The notes: generated by a model not told the origin, from the sequence alone. A DNA stretch of 64,000 bases from Candidatus Bathyarchaeota archaeon (GCA_963811105.1 CAWEPZ010000011.1:1088001-1152000); one strand, 5' to 3'; counted from the stretch's first letter, positions 30,364 to 40,885 are shown. A program made the numbers and translations.

Positions 30364-31062
30364 ATGGCCGAATCAGTTAGAGTATGGCTTAAAAAAGCAT
30401 TCAGTATATCATTAATGCTTAACTCACTCATAACGGTGGCAGCGATAGCTGGAATCACTTATGGATTCTACCATTCATGGCCCAATTGGAAGCCCTATGC
30501 TCCATATCTTATCAACGGAAACCTCTTCTTGGTAGTCGCTGCGGCGGCAATCATCAACATATTTCCAAGCGCAAGCATAGGACGAGCCTTGCATACAGGA
30601 CGATTCTTATTCCACCATTACGTCTACGGTGCAGCAGTCCTGTTCACCTCGTCATTTTGCATAATAGCATTTTCATCATTGTCTTTGATTACTCTTTTTC
30701 TCGTCAACAGCTCAAACATAGCAGTAAATGCCGGAAGATTTTTCGTTCTAACAGGGTTAACACTGCTTTTAGATGACCTTCCAGATGTTTCAAAACGAGT
30801 TGAATTAACGCTAAACAAGGTAAAATCGGGATTCTACAGAATCCGAAAAGGAATCCATATCTTTCAATTAATTACCGGCACGGTAACATTCTACATTTTT
30901 ATAGCCATTTTGCTTGATTCAATCCATAAATTTTCTCTAACAGTTTCTAACTTTCTCACAATGAGTACTCTAATCATAACCAGTATCACTTCCTTTGCTT
31001 GCGTTAAAAGAAAAGCATGGCTAAAAATAACACCGGCATACGCCACACAAAAAAGTCATTAG
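30364..31062 (+). CDS. Hypothetical membrane protein
   Basis: 232 aa multi-TM, FHHYVYG and LLLDD motifs. Confidence 0.75.
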   Translation: MAESVRVWLKKAFSISLMLNSLITVAAIAGITYGFYHSWPNWKPYAPYLINGNLFLVVAAAAIINIFPSASIGRALHTGRFLFHHYVYGAAVLFTSSFCIIAFSSLSLITLFLVNSSNIAVNAGRFFVLTGLTLLLDDLPDVSKRVELTLNKVKSGFYRIRKGIHIFQLITGTVTFYIFIAILLDSIHKFSLTVSNFLTMSTLIITSITSFACVKRKAWLKITPAYATQKSH

Positions 31063-31774
31063 CGCTTTCGTTTAAGGATTTCTTCGGCCACAGCTTCAAG
31101 CTGCTGGCTAGAATACAAATTGGAACTTTGATAAGACGTAATGAGGTTGGGCAGCTGTGCAGCTTAACGATCGGAACTGTCGGATCGTTGAGATGAAGCG
31201 TTGAATGATTATTTGCAAAAACTACTATGCCTTCAAGCTGTGTACCGAGCATTCTATAATCATGAAAGGAACCGATTATTCCTTTGATTAAAGCAGTATT
31301 TTTTTTGACCTGAATACTTGGACTCCCCTTAAAGTGTTGCTTGCCAGCTCTTTGCCACTGGTCACCATAACAAGTAATGTCACCATTCCAATTCTTAGTC
31401 TCCAAAACAAAAATGCCGCTAGGTCCAAGAACAATGTGGTCAATATCGCCTCCCCCGTTACGCAGGGAGAGGCCATTTACGAGGAAATAATCATCGCTAA
31501 GCTTACTGCTGAGAAGTTTGGCTACCTGTTGCTCTCCAGTCAAACCGCCCCGGTAAATTCTGTACTAAAGCAGAAAATAGTAGAATGCTGCTAAAGATGC
31601 CATAGAAACCATCAATCCAACCCCTTCAAAAACGTTTAAGCTTAGTGTCAAAAGCATCCGCAGACTTATTGCAGATAGAATCAGGAAAAACAAGAGTAAG
31701 CAGACAGCCGCTTTCGCCAAGTTTTTTCTTACTTGATTCTTAAGGTAGTTGCCCGACCCTTTCAGGTTTCTCAT
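31059..31774 (-). pseudogene. Membrane-anchored NERD nuclease-domain protein; in-frame TAG (31565-31567) and frameshift ~31160
   Basis: GE..VA, DIDHIVLGPSGIFVLETKNW, SP..Q motifs; two ORFs in frame across TAG. Confidence 0.75.
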
Positions 31775-31930
31775 GCATTTAACGCTCTCGACAGCTTTCC
31801 ATTAACTTAAAACTATATTACTATATTCATCTTGAGCTATGCCTCTCAGGCAAAAGCGTTATTTTAAGCTTGATTTTAACCAGCAAAAAAACATTGACCA
31901 AAAATAAGAGTCTTAAAAAAAGACTATGCA

Positions 31931-33358
31931 TTATTTATTGTCTGTCAGATATTGATGCATTGCTTTTGCCGCGCGTTTGCCTGCGCCCATTGCGCTGATG
32001 ACTGTTGCTGCTCCTGTAGCTACGTCCCCGCCTGCGTAAACTCCATCTAAGCTCGTTTTGCCTACTTCGTTGACGCATATTGTTCCGTGTCTTGGGTCGC
32101 TTTGTAAGCCGTCTGTGGTTCGCTGTATGATTGGGTTTGGTGTTTGTCCGATGGCAACGATTACTGTGTCAACATCCATTGTGAACTCGGAGCCTGGAAT
32201 CTCTTTTACGCCACGCCTACCTTTTGCGTCAGGTTCAGTGAGTTCCATTGCGATGCATTTCATGCTTTTAACCCAGCCTTTCTCGTCACCGTAAAACTCG
32301 ATTGGTGCACCAAGGAACTTGCAGACCAAGCCTTCTTCTTCGGCATTCTCGACTTCTTCATGTCTTGCAGGCAGCTCAGCGCGTGAACGTCTGTAGAGTA
32401 AACAGACTTCAGAGCCAAGTCTCATGCTGCTTCTTGCGCAGTCCATGGCAACGTTTCCGCCGCCGATAACAACTACTTTTTTGCCTATGCGTATTGGAGT
32501 GTCAGATTCGGGAAACTGGAATGCCTTCATAAGATTAACGCGTATCAGGAACTCGTTGGCTGAGTAGATTCCGCCTAGGTTTTCTCCTTTGCAACCTGTG
32601 AATTGCGGTAAGCCCGCACCGCTTCCAATGAATACTGCGTTGTAGCCGCCTTCTTTCATGAGTTCGGGAATGGTGTGGATTCTTCCAACGAGATTGCCTA
32701 GGCGCAAGTCAACGCCCAGTTTCTGGATATAGGTTATTTCGTTTTGTACAATGGCCTTTGGTAAACGGAACTCTGGAATACCATATGACAACACACCGCC
32801 GCCAACATGCAACGCCTCAAACATTGTTATTTCGTGACCAAGCTTCACCAGGTCAGCCGCCGCTGTTAATCCTGCAGGGCCAGCTCCGACAATTGCTACT
32901 TTCTTGCCTGTTGCCGCTGCTTTAGGTGGAAGCGCGGATCCGTTATCACGTTCCCAATCTGCCAGAAAACGTTCAAGTCGTCCGATGCTAAGTGGGTCAC
33001 CTACTTTTCCAACGATGCATTTAGCTTGGCATTGTACTTCTTGAGGGCAAACTCTACCGCAAACTGCTGGCAACGCATTCTTCGATTTTATTAGAGCAAT
33101 GGCTTCAGCATACTTCTTGTCTCTAAACAGTTTAATGAATTCTGGAATAGGGACTTCCACTGGGCAACCAGTCATACATTGAGGCTTTGGACACTTTAAG
33201 CATCGACTTGCTTCTTCCTGTGCTTCTTCTTCAGTGTACCCTAAAGCAACTTCACTAAAGTTTTTAGCGCGTACTTTAGGCTCTTGCTTTGCCATTTCAA
33301 CAGCTTTCTTATTCAACTTTGGTTTAGGCTTTGCTTCCGCCACATTTACAACCTCCAT
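31931..33358 (-). CDS. nfnB: NfnB/SudA (GltD-like) large subunit of NADH-dependent ferredoxin:NADP+ oxidoreductase
   Basis: RCLKC..C..GCP, CGRVCPQE.QC, GAGPAG, YGIPEFRLP, GGGNVAMD. Confidence 0.9.
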   Translation of the reverse strand: MEVVNVAEAKPKPKLNKKAVEMAKQEPKVRAKNFSEVALGYTEEEAQEEASRCLKCPKPQCMTGCPVEVPIPEFIKLFRDKKYAEAIALIKSKNALPAVCGRVCPQEVQCQAKCIVGKVGDPLSIGRLERFLADWERDNGSALPPKAAATGKKVAIVGAGPAGLTAAADLVKLGHEITMFEALHVGGGVLSYGIPEFRLPKAIVQNEITYIQKLGVDLRLGNLVGRIHTIPELMKEGGYNAVFIGSGAGLPQFTGCKGENLGGIYSANEFLIRVNLMKAFQFPESDTPIRIGKKVVVIGGGNVAMDCARSSMRLGSEVCLLYRRSRAELPARHEEVENAEEEGLVCKFLGAPIEFYGDEKGWVKSMKCIAMELTEPDAKGRRGVKEIPGSEFTMDVDTVIVAIGQTPNPIIQRTTDGLQSDPRHGTICVNEVGKTSLDGVYAGGDVATGAATVISAMGAGKRAAKAMHQYLTDNK

Positions 33359-34169
33359 CCATTTCCCACAATACTGAACTTAATCTTTCTTCAGGCAACA
33401 TTGTGCGTTGACGTATAATTAACTCGTCAAAGTCAGTTTTGTGACCATCAAATTCTGGACCATCAACGCACCCGAATTTCATTTTGCCATCAACTGTAAC
33501 CCTGCAAACACCGCACATGCCCATACCATCAATCATTATGGGCGTCAAGGTTACAATTGTTGGAATGCAATAGGGCTTGGTTATTTCACTAACATCCTTC
33601 ATTAGGATAACTGGACCCATTACAACGCAACGGTCAAACTTTTCCTTTTTCAACAAATCTTTGAGGAAATCCAATCCTTTGTAACCTTTTGTTCCATCGT
33701 CGGTTGCAACATAAACTTTATCACTTAGGGCATTAGCTTCATTTTCCATCATTATGAATTCCTTCGTTCTTGCACCAAGAATTGTGGTAACTTGATTGCC
33801 TGCTTCTTTCATAGCTTTAGCCTGCAACAGCAAAGGTGCAATCATAACACTTCCACCGACACAGAGAACTTTGCCGAAGTTTTTGACTTCAGAAGGATTG
33901 CCAAGTGGACCAGTAACATTGTCAAGACATTCGCCTTGGTTTAGTAAACCTAAAGTTTTGGTTGTTTTGCCAACTTCATGAAATGCAAATGATACGGTTC
34001 CTTTTGCCTTGTCATATCCGCAGATTGTCAACGGAACACGTTCTCCAGTTTTGCCGTGTATAACGATTAGAAATTGTCCGGCTTGAGCTTTAGCAGCAAT
34101 GTCTGGAGCGTCAACTTCAAACAGTTTTATTTTTGGTGCTAGTTCCGTTTTAGTTACTATTTTGTACGT
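33324..34169 (-). CDS. nfnA: NfnA/SudB small subunit (FAD, 2Fe-2S); no canonical start, ACG at 34169 or fused to the upstream ORF
   Basis: Frame open from TYKIVTKTELAP...GQF...GERVPLT; DGMGMCGVCRV...GCVDGPEF. Confidence 0.88.
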   Translation of the reverse strand, partial: TYKIVTKTELAPKIKLFEVDAPDIAAKAQAGQFLIVIHGKTGERVPLTICGYDKAKGTVSFAFHEVGKTTKTLGLLNQGECLDNVTGPLGNPSEVKNFGKVLCVGGSVMIAPLLLQAKAMKEAGNQVTTILGARTKEFIMMENEANALSDKVYVATDDGTKGYKGLDFLKDLLKKEKFDRCVVMGPVILMKDVSEITKPYCIPTIVTLTPIMIDGMGMCGVCRVTVDGKMKFGCVDGPEFDGHKTDFDELIIRQRTMLPEERLSSVLWEMDGGCKCGGSKA

Positions 34170-35401
34170 TTTGCAGTCGCCTCCACAGCTATTTCACGTT
34201 TAGGTAACTCTGAAATTCTCTTATAGAAAGCATCAAGTTTTGCATTGAAGTCGCCCTCGCATCGTGGTGACTCCTCATAGAGTTCGAATCGATCAAGCAG
34301 ACCCTTCTTCTTTAGCACATTTATCATTACGCCCAAGTTGCGCTCTGCAGTATCTCGTCCTTCTTGAAGCTTACAATCTTTAGATGAACAAACGACCGCC
34401 ATGACACCATCAAATCCGCAGTTCAACGCATTGACCACGTGCACTGGATCAAGGGATTTGAAGCATGGAACCTCAAGTGCCAAAACATTTTTCCCTGCAA
34501 ATACGCTATTCGGGTTATCTAAGGCCGAAAATTCTGACCATTGACAAACAAACGCAAGAACCGCTGGTCCTTTGTTCTTGGCTTTTAATATAGCTGCAGA
34601 ACTTCCATAACGGTCAACTACATTTTCAAACTCGAATCCTTTCACTTGAATAGCATGATGCGGACAAACCAATTGGCAAGCGCCACAGCCAACACATTTC
34701 TCCTCATTTACTTTTGGAGTAGCAAACGACTCAAACTCAATTGCGTCGTATGGGCAAATAAAGATGCATTTATCACAGCCCACGCATGCTTGAACATCAT
34801 AAACAGCTTTGCGTGAAAACTTTACAACTCTAATTGCATTGTCATCAAAACCCAGTTGTTTGAGAACACTTCTTGCTAAGACAAGTCTTCGAGTGTTAAT
34901 TTTCGTTCCTTCTTTGTAGCGGCAGAATGGATCTTCACATTGAACGGAAACAATGTTTTTTACTCCTGAATTCAATGCTTCAAAAATAAAGTCCGTCGGA
35001 ACTCTTCCAGCACACGGCAACCGCAAGGCAATGTAGTTGTTAACTTTTAGACCTTGCTCTTTAAAGATGTCTTGAACTTCTTCCGTTGAAGGTGAGTTTC
35101 CTCTGCACATCAAAACAAGCGTGTCAACGCCGCTTTTGGCTTTGGCAAGTGCATCTTTAACATATTTTGAAAGATTATCGTAAGTATAATATTCCATTTT
35201 TATGGCTGCAGATGGGCAAGCACTGTAACAGATACCGCAAACCTGGCAATCCTGACTGTTAATTTCCACTTTTCCAGCTGAATCAGCCTTTATGGCTTCA
35301 TAAGGACAAATTGATTTGCAAACATAACATCGGCTACATAAGTCTTGATCGATTTCCACTACAGCGAGACATTTTTCACTCATGATGAAACCTCTTTCCA
35401 T
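34157..35401 (-). CDS. Tandem ferredoxin-MvhD-ferredoxin-MvhD iron-sulfur protein
   Basis: Four CxxCxxCxxxCP motifs; two MvhD/FlpD-like units (LMCRG..RLPCAGRV..C....C and FVCQWS..VPC..C....C). Confidence 0.82.
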   Translation of the reverse strand: MERGFIMSEKCLAVVEIDQDLCSRCYVCKSICPYEAIKADSAGKVEINSQDCQVCGICYSACPSAAIKMEYYTYDNLSKYVKDALAKAKSGVDTLVLMCRGNSPSTEEVQDIFKEQGLKVNNYIALRLPCAGRVPTDFIFEALNSGVKNIVSVQCEDPFCRYKEGTKINTRRLVLARSVLKQLGFDDNAIRVVKFSRKAVYDVQACVGCDKCIFICPYDAIEFESFATPKVNEEKCVGCGACQLVCPHHAIQVKGFEFENVVDRYGSSAAILKAKNKGPAVLAFVCQWSEFSALDNPNSVFAGKNVLALEVPCFKSLDPVHVVNALNCGFDGVMAVVCSSKDCKLQEGRDTAERNLGVMINVLKKKGLLDRFELYEESPRCEGDFNAKLDAFYKRISELPKREIAVEATAKRTK

Positions 35402-35498
35402 ACACCGCTGCTAACTTTAAACTCAAAGCATGCAAGATGCTAGCTTAGAGCCTATTGAAAGCATGAAAAGGGCTTTAGAATGATATAATCCTTTCTCT

Positions 35499-36440
35499 CT
35501 ATTTTTTGTAATAGGGTCGTTTGATGAAGCTGTAGGCTTCGAGGGCTGCAGTGATGCCTTGGCCAACGGCGGTACCTACTTGTTTTATGGGTTGGTCGGT
35601 TACATCGCCTGCTGCAAAGATTCCAGGGAGGTTTGTTTGTTGACGATGATCAACTTTGATGTATCCGTGCTCATCTGTTTCTACTCCAGCAGCCTTGGCG
35701 AGTTGGCTGTTGGGAGCTTCACCAATTTGCACAAAAACTGCATCAACCTCTAATTCAAAGGTTTTGTTAGTAATGTTATCTATTAAAGTGACCGTTTTGA
35801 CTTGTTTGTCGCCTTTAATTTCTTGAATTTCAGTATTCCATATTATGTTGACATTGCTTTTTGCCGATATGTCAGTCACTAAACTTTCTTCAGCTCTGAA
35901 AGCTTGCCTCCTATGGATCACAGTAACCTGCGAAGCCAACCCTGAAAGGTAAAGTGTAGTGATACAAGCAGTGTTTCCACCGCCAACAACAAGCACTCGT
36001 TTGCCCTTAAAAAAAGGTCCATCACAAACGCCACAATAGCTTACTCCCCTACCGCGGAAGTCTTTTTCTCCTTTGACACCGACTTCTTTGTAATGCGACC
36101 CTGTTGAATAGATTATTGCCTGAGCCTCATAAGTTGTTCGTGAAGTTTTAACAATTTTCTTTTCACCCATAATCTCTAACTCATTAACAGACTCTAAGTC
36201 GTGAATTGTTGCGCCGACCTTTCTGCAATGTGAAGCCATTTTTTCCGCAAGCTCTCCACCACTGATTTCGGCAAAACCGGGGTAATTCACAACTGTTGAA
36301 GCGTCAGCTATTGTTCCTCCGGCAAATTTCTCATCTAAAATCAGCGTGGTTAATCCGCTTCGGACAGTATAGATTCCAGCTGACAGCCCTGCGGAGCCAG
36401 CACCGATTATTATTATGTCCCAGTTCTCCATAAACGGCAT
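35499..36440 (-). CDS. trxB: Thioredoxin reductase
   Basis: GAGSAG, GRGVSYCGVCDG, GGGNTA, HRR, FAAGD. Confidence 0.92.
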   Translation of the reverse strand: MPFMENWDIIIIGAGSAGLSAGIYTVRSGLTTLILDEKFAGGTIADASTVVNYPGFAEISGGELAEKMASHCRKVGATIHDLESVNELEIMGEKKIVKTSRTTYEAQAIIYSTGSHYKEVGVKGEKDFRGRGVSYCGVCDGPFFKGKRVLVVGGGNTACITTLYLSGLASQVTVIHRRQAFRAEESLVTDISAKSNVNIIWNTEIQEIKGDKQVKTVTLIDNITNKTFELEVDAVFVQIGEAPNSQLAKAAGVETDEHGYIKVDHRQQTNLPGIFAAGDVTDQPIKQVGTAVGQGITAALEAYSFIKRPYYKK

Positions 36441-36562
36441 CTCTTTGCCTAAAATAATGGATTGAGAAGTTTATGAATTGTTCTGTTATTTTGAAGCATC
36501 CAATAAGCAGATAAAGCTGAAATTATCTAGTTTAGTATCAGCAGTTTCTGAGGTGTAGGTTT

Positions 36563-38323
36563 TTGGGAAGATATAGGTGCACAGTTTGCAATTATGTCTA
36601 TGATGAAGTTAAAGAAGGAAAGAAATTTAGTGATTTGCCTAAAGAGTGGGTTTGCCCAGTTTGTGGAGCGCCTAAATCAGTTTTTGTACTCTTAACTGAG
36701 CAGGTTGAAGAGAAAAAAGTTGACCGTACTGTTTCTCAAGTTCTCATTGACCAAATCGCCGCTTGGGGAGTACAATACGTCTTTGGTATACCTGGTACTT
36801 CAACACTTGGCATCGTTGACGCAATACGGAAAAGCAATGGTAAAGTCAAGTATTTCCAAGTCAGACACGAGGAAACCGCTGCATTTATGGCTTCTGCATA
36901 CGGAAAACTCACTGGGCATGTTTCCGCTTGTCTGGGAATTTCTGGCCCCGGCGCAACAAACCTGGCAACTGGCTTATACGATGCAAAGCTTGATCATTCG
37001 GCGGTTTTAGCCTTAACAGGAATGGTGCCAAGACCACAGATTGGTACAGGTTCAATTCAGGAAGTTGACCAATATGCCTTTTTCCAGCCAGTGTGTGTTT
37101 TTAACAGCGTTCTAATGGCGGAGAATCAAACAACTTCGGTTGCCACTTTGGCAATTAGGCATGCACTTTTGAATCAGGGGGTCGCGCATATTGGTATTCC
37201 AAATGATTTGCAGAAGTTGCATTACGAAACTGCGATTTTGCCGTTTGAGGGCAGAATGCCTAATCTTGCTTATGGTCAGGAAGGATATGTGATTGAGAAG
37301 GCAGCAAGCGTTGTTGACGAATCGGTTAGACCTGTTATTCTTGCAGGTTTCGGATGCCGAGGTCAAGGCAACAAACTTCTGAAGTTAGCTACAAAGATTT
37401 CTGCTCCAATAATAACAACATTTAGAGCAAAAGGTGTTATTGACGAGCATGAAGCGTTGGATGTTGGTTGCCACGGTGGAGTTGGTTCGACTGCGGCTGC
37501 AGAGCTTATGCAAAAAGCTGATTTGCTCATAGCTATTGGTGCTTCGTTTTCTGATTTATCGTTAATTCCTCAGAAAAAAACTGTTCAGATTGATATTAAT
37601 CCACTAATGGTTGCGCGCCGTTACCCAGTTGAAGTCGGATTGATTGGCAACAGCGCCGTGCTGATTCCAAAGTTAACGGAGAAAGTTCATGAAAAAGAGA
37701 ATGCAGATTATTTGGCTGAGATTATTAGGTTGAAGCGAGATTGGTTAAATCAACTGGGAAGAGAAGCCGACTCAGCCTCGACGCCTATTAGGCCTCCTTA
37801 CATAATTAAGGTGTTGAATGACAAAGTCTCTGACGACGCTGTGATTTCTTTGGATATTGGTGAGAACTGTTGGTGGTTTGGCAGGAATTTTATGATGAAG
37901 AAATCGCAGAAATTTGTGATGAGCGGCGCATTGGCTTCAATGGGTTTTGGTTTGCCGGGTGCTATGGCTGCTGCATTGGCTTATCCGAACCGCCAGATTG
38001 TTTGCCTGACGGGTGATGGTGGGTTAACGATGGTTTTAGGCGACTTTCTAACCGCGTTGAAGTACAAATTGCAGGTTAAAGTCTTCGTTATGAACAATAA
38101 ACGACTTGGAATGATTATGCAGGAGCAAAAGGTTGAGGGTTATGAGAGCTGGCAAACGGACTTGTATGACTACAATTTCGCTGATTTTGCTGAACACTCA
38201 GGCGGCATGGGCATTAAAGTGACTGAGCCAAGTGAGCTTGAATCAGCCGTTGATAGGGCGCTCTCAGCCAAGGTTCCTACGATTGTAGATATTGATACGG
38301 ATCCAAGAAGATTCTTAATGTGA
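36563..38323 (+). CDS. Rubredoxin-fused TPP enzyme (pyruvate oxidase-like)
   Basis: CTVC...CPVCG rubredoxin; RHEE, GPGATN, GDGG...NN TPP motif. Confidence 0.88.
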   Translation: MGRYRCTVCNYVYDEVKEGKKFSDLPKEWVCPVCGAPKSVFVLLTEQVEEKKVDRTVSQVLIDQIAAWGVQYVFGIPGTSTLGIVDAIRKSNGKVKYFQVRHEETAAFMASAYGKLTGHVSACLGISGPGATNLATGLYDAKLDHSAVLALTGMVPRPQIGTGSIQEVDQYAFFQPVCVFNSVLMAENQTTSVATLAIRHALLNQGVAHIGIPNDLQKLHYETAILPFEGRMPNLAYGQEGYVIEKAASVVDESVRPVILAGFGCRGQGNKLLKLATKISAPIITTFRAKGVIDEHEALDVGCHGGVGSTAAAELMQKADLLIAIGASFSDLSLIPQKKTVQIDINPLMVARRYPVEVGLIGNSAVLIPKLTEKVHEKENADYLAEIIRLKRDWLNQLGREADSASTPIRPPYIIKVLNDKVSDDAVISLDIGENCWWFGRNFMMKKSQKFVMSGALASMGFGLPGAMAAALAYPNRQIVCLTGDGGLTMVLGDFLTALKYKLQVKVFVMNNKRLGMIMQEQKVEGYESWQTDLYDYNFADFAEHSGGMGIKVTEPSELESAVDRALSAKVPTIVDIDTDPRRFLM

Positions 38324-38324
38324 G

Positions 38325-38750
38325 GTGAACATTATGAGTAAAAATCAAGGAACAACATTTGCCTTCATTGTGTCGCTGCTGGGGGGCTTAATAATCTTCA
38401 TAATCAGCACACTAAACGTTTTGTGGTTCAGTTCAGGCGCAACAAACTTTGGTGGCTACGGCAGCTTCATGCGAGGAGCGATGGACGGCTACCACAATTT
38501 CATGGGCACATACGGCGGTTCAACAAGCTTTCTTGCAGGCATTTCAGTGATAGGTGTAATTTGCGGAATCATAGTTGTAATTGGCGCCATTATGCTGCGG
38601 GTACAGCCGCATCAACATGTACCGTGGGCTATTCTTATCATAGCATTCTCGCTCGTCAGCTTTGTAGGCATGGGCGGATACTTCATCGGAGCCGTACTAG
38701 GCATTATCGGCGGAGCATTCGAATTAAGTGTCAGAAGAACAAACCCATAA
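38325..38750 (+). CDS. Hypothetical membrane protein
   Basis: 141 aa Gly-rich with 3-4 TM helices. Confidence 0.7.
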   Translation: MNIMSKNQGTTFAFIVSLLGGLIIFIISTLNVLWFSSGATNFGGYGSFMRGAMDGYHNFMGTYGGSTSFLAGISVIGVICGIIVVIGAIMLRVQPHQHVPWAILIIAFSLVSFVGMGGYFIGAVLGIIGGAFELSVRRTNP

Positions 38751-38992
38751 TCGCAATGCGGTTTGAAAATTTCTCTGTTTCTTATCCTACGCGCTTCAGA
38801 GTTAAGAAGCGCAATTTATCAAAGCTTTTGCATTTCAGGGTTAATTTTAAAGAAGAAGAAACTTAGCGGGAGCCCACTTCTTCTTCCACTATTTTGGAGT
38901 TGCGTGACCTATGCAAAATATTGCGAGTAACGCACATAAATTGTTGTGCGCAAACGTGAATTAGAATACTCTAAAACAAGTATGAAAAAATT

Positions 38993-39071
38993 TGGTAGCG
39001 GGGAATAGATTTGAACTATCGATCTCTGGGTTATGAGCCCAGCGGGTTAATCCTGGCTACCCCACCCCGCT
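38993..39071 (-). tRNA. Initiator tRNA-Met(CAT), CCA encoded
   Basis: A1-U72 pair, GGG/CCC anticodon stem with CTCATAA loop. Confidence 0.95.
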
Positions 39072-39179
39072 ATATCTTTGTCCATAATTTTTTTAGCAAC
39101 CTATTACTCTTATCTGTCGAATATTAATAGTTTCTTTTCATAATTTCGCAAAAGGATTTTAGAGGCGACTATTACTTGT

Positions 39180-39869
39180 TTGGCGAAGGATGATTACTTG
39201 ATTGACAATCCCTATTTGCGTAAGCTTTCAAATCCAACCCTTGTGAATCCTGTTTTTGTTCAGGGATTGCCAGGCTTTGGCAATGTTGGCAGAATTGCAG
39301 CGCATCTTCTAATAAAGTTTTGTGACGCTAAGCTTTTTGCGGAACTGTATTCTCCAACTTTTCCAGATTACGTATCTATAGATCCTAAAGGTATTTGCAG
39401 TTTGCCAAAATACGAGTTTTATTATGCTCCGATGGACAAGAACAACTTGGTTATTATGACAGGGGAAATTCAGCCTTCATTTGATGATGTGGTTGCTCAC
39501 TACGAGGTTTGTGACGAAATAATTGATTTTGTTGAGTCGTTAGGTTGCCACTTCATTGTAACCATGGGGGGGATTCCAATAACTGAGGAAAAAACCCAGG
39601 TTTACATAGCTGCAACATCGCAAAGGTTAGCCACAGAATTTATGGAAAAAGGTGCAGTGATTTACAGTAAAGGCAGAATCGTAGGTGGAACAGGGCTTAC
39701 CTTGGCATTAGCCAAAGAAAGGAAACTTGAAGGAGTAAGCATTTTGGGAACTACGACGGGTTTTAAGGCTGACCGAGAAGCTGGATTTTCAGTTTTCAAA
39801 TTTCTAATGAAAGCTTTAGGAAAAGAGATAAAAGAAGGTTTAGTAGAAAACAATGCACCAGAAGAATAG
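39180..39869 (+). CDS. PAC2 family (proteasome assembly chaperone-like) protein
   Basis: GLPGFGNVG, G.IQP, MGG, IVGGTG motifs. Confidence 0.85.
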   Translation: MAKDDYLIDNPYLRKLSNPTLVNPVFVQGLPGFGNVGRIAAHLLIKFCDAKLFAELYSPTFPDYVSIDPKGICSLPKYEFYYAPMDKNNLVIMTGEIQPSFDDVVAHYEVCDEIIDFVESLGCHFIVTMGGIPITEEKTQVYIAATSQRLATEFMEKGAVIYSKGRIVGGTGLTLALAKERKLEGVSILGTTTGFKADREAGFSVFKFLMKALGKEIKEGLVENNAPEE

Positions 39870-39880
39870 CTAAGGCGCGG

Positions 39881-40117
39881 TTGATAATGACTGAAACTGA
39901 AGAAGATATTAATGTTGGCGGCTACTCCAAATTTTCGAGAATTACCATGATAATTGTTTCGATGCTTCTGATATTTGGCGGTCCAACTTACGTTCCATAC
40001 CTAATGTACAAACTTAACATAGATTATGTCGCGTCAGTAGGCGTCGGTGCTGTTCTGTTCATTGTAGGATTACTGTTCATGATATTCCTTATCAGAAAGA
40101 AAGTAATTACACCGTAA
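39881..40117 (+). CDS. Small membrane protein
   Basis: Two TM helices, GGPTY. Confidence 0.65.
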   Translation: MIMTETEEDINVGGYSKFSRITMIIVSMLLIFGGPTYVPYLMYKLNIDYVASVGVGAVLFIVGLLFMIFLIRKKVITP

Positions 40118-40122
40118 GTTTT

Positions 40123-40177
40123 GCCTCAGATACCCTAGGGTGCATCATTCAATCAGCAAATTGTTTTCTTCATCGGC
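40123..40177 (-). ncRNA. Candidate C/D box guide sRNA
   Basis: GCC-G-AUGAAGA(C)-guide-CUGA(D')-UUGAAUGAUG(C')-guide-CUGA(D)-GGC, 55 nt, with terminal stem, intergenic. Confidence 0.65.
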
Positions 40178-40297
40178 GGCTCTCTATAGACAGACCCATT
40201 TTATTAACTATTCTTACAGCGTTCTAAAAAATACTGACCTTAAATACACTTTCAAAATACATAAGGCATATTAAATATTCACCTTAGAATAGATGTT

Positions 40298-40885
40298 ATG
40301 CAGGTTACCAACAGAAGACCGCTTAATTTTCCAAAAGAGAAAAATGAAGAAGCAAAAAGAACCACAATCATTCTGGAAAAAAGCGAAAGAGACTTCATTG
40401 AATTATTAATCAAAGATGGCAAAGAGCTTGGAATCAAACCGCTCATATCCAAAATGCTCGACATTTACAAAAACATGATGATTTACGAGTGGCATTTCCC
40501 AGGTGAATATTACTGTGGAATAAGCCGCATCGCCCTTGTAAACGTTGAACTATTCAACATTTTAACCCAACAAATTCCCAAAGAAAAATGGCGTGACCTC
40601 GGCAAAAAAATGGGTGACGCCCTAAAAGTGTCAATCCAAGCAACCTTAGGAATCGAAGCAGACCAGCAGGAAAATTGGGAAAAAATATTTGAACGCCTAA
40701 AAGTGCAGGGATTCGGAGACTTCTACCTTAAAGACAAGTTTTTGCTACTAAAAACACCCTTCATTAACGACTGCGAAATTTGGCAGGGCATAATGGAAGG
40801 ATTATTGGGCATAGAATTAGAAACGAGAAATTCGTTGCCACCGTTTGTTTTTGAAATTAGAAAACCTAAACAGCCTCCAGTTTAA
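40298..40885 (+). CDS. Hypothetical protein (RHH-like N-terminus, V4R-like C-terminus)
   Basis: KRTTIIL N-terminus; RIALV...GFG...GIMEGLLG pattern. Confidence 0.65.
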   Translation: MQVTNRRPLNFPKEKNEEAKRTTIILEKSERDFIELLIKDGKELGIKPLISKMLDIYKNMMIYEWHFPGEYYCGISRIALVNVELFNILTQQIPKEKWRDLGKKMGDALKVSIQATLGIEADQQENWEKIFERLKVQGFGDFYLKDKFLLLKTPFINDCEIWQGIMEGLLGIELETRNSLPPFVFEIRKPKQPPV

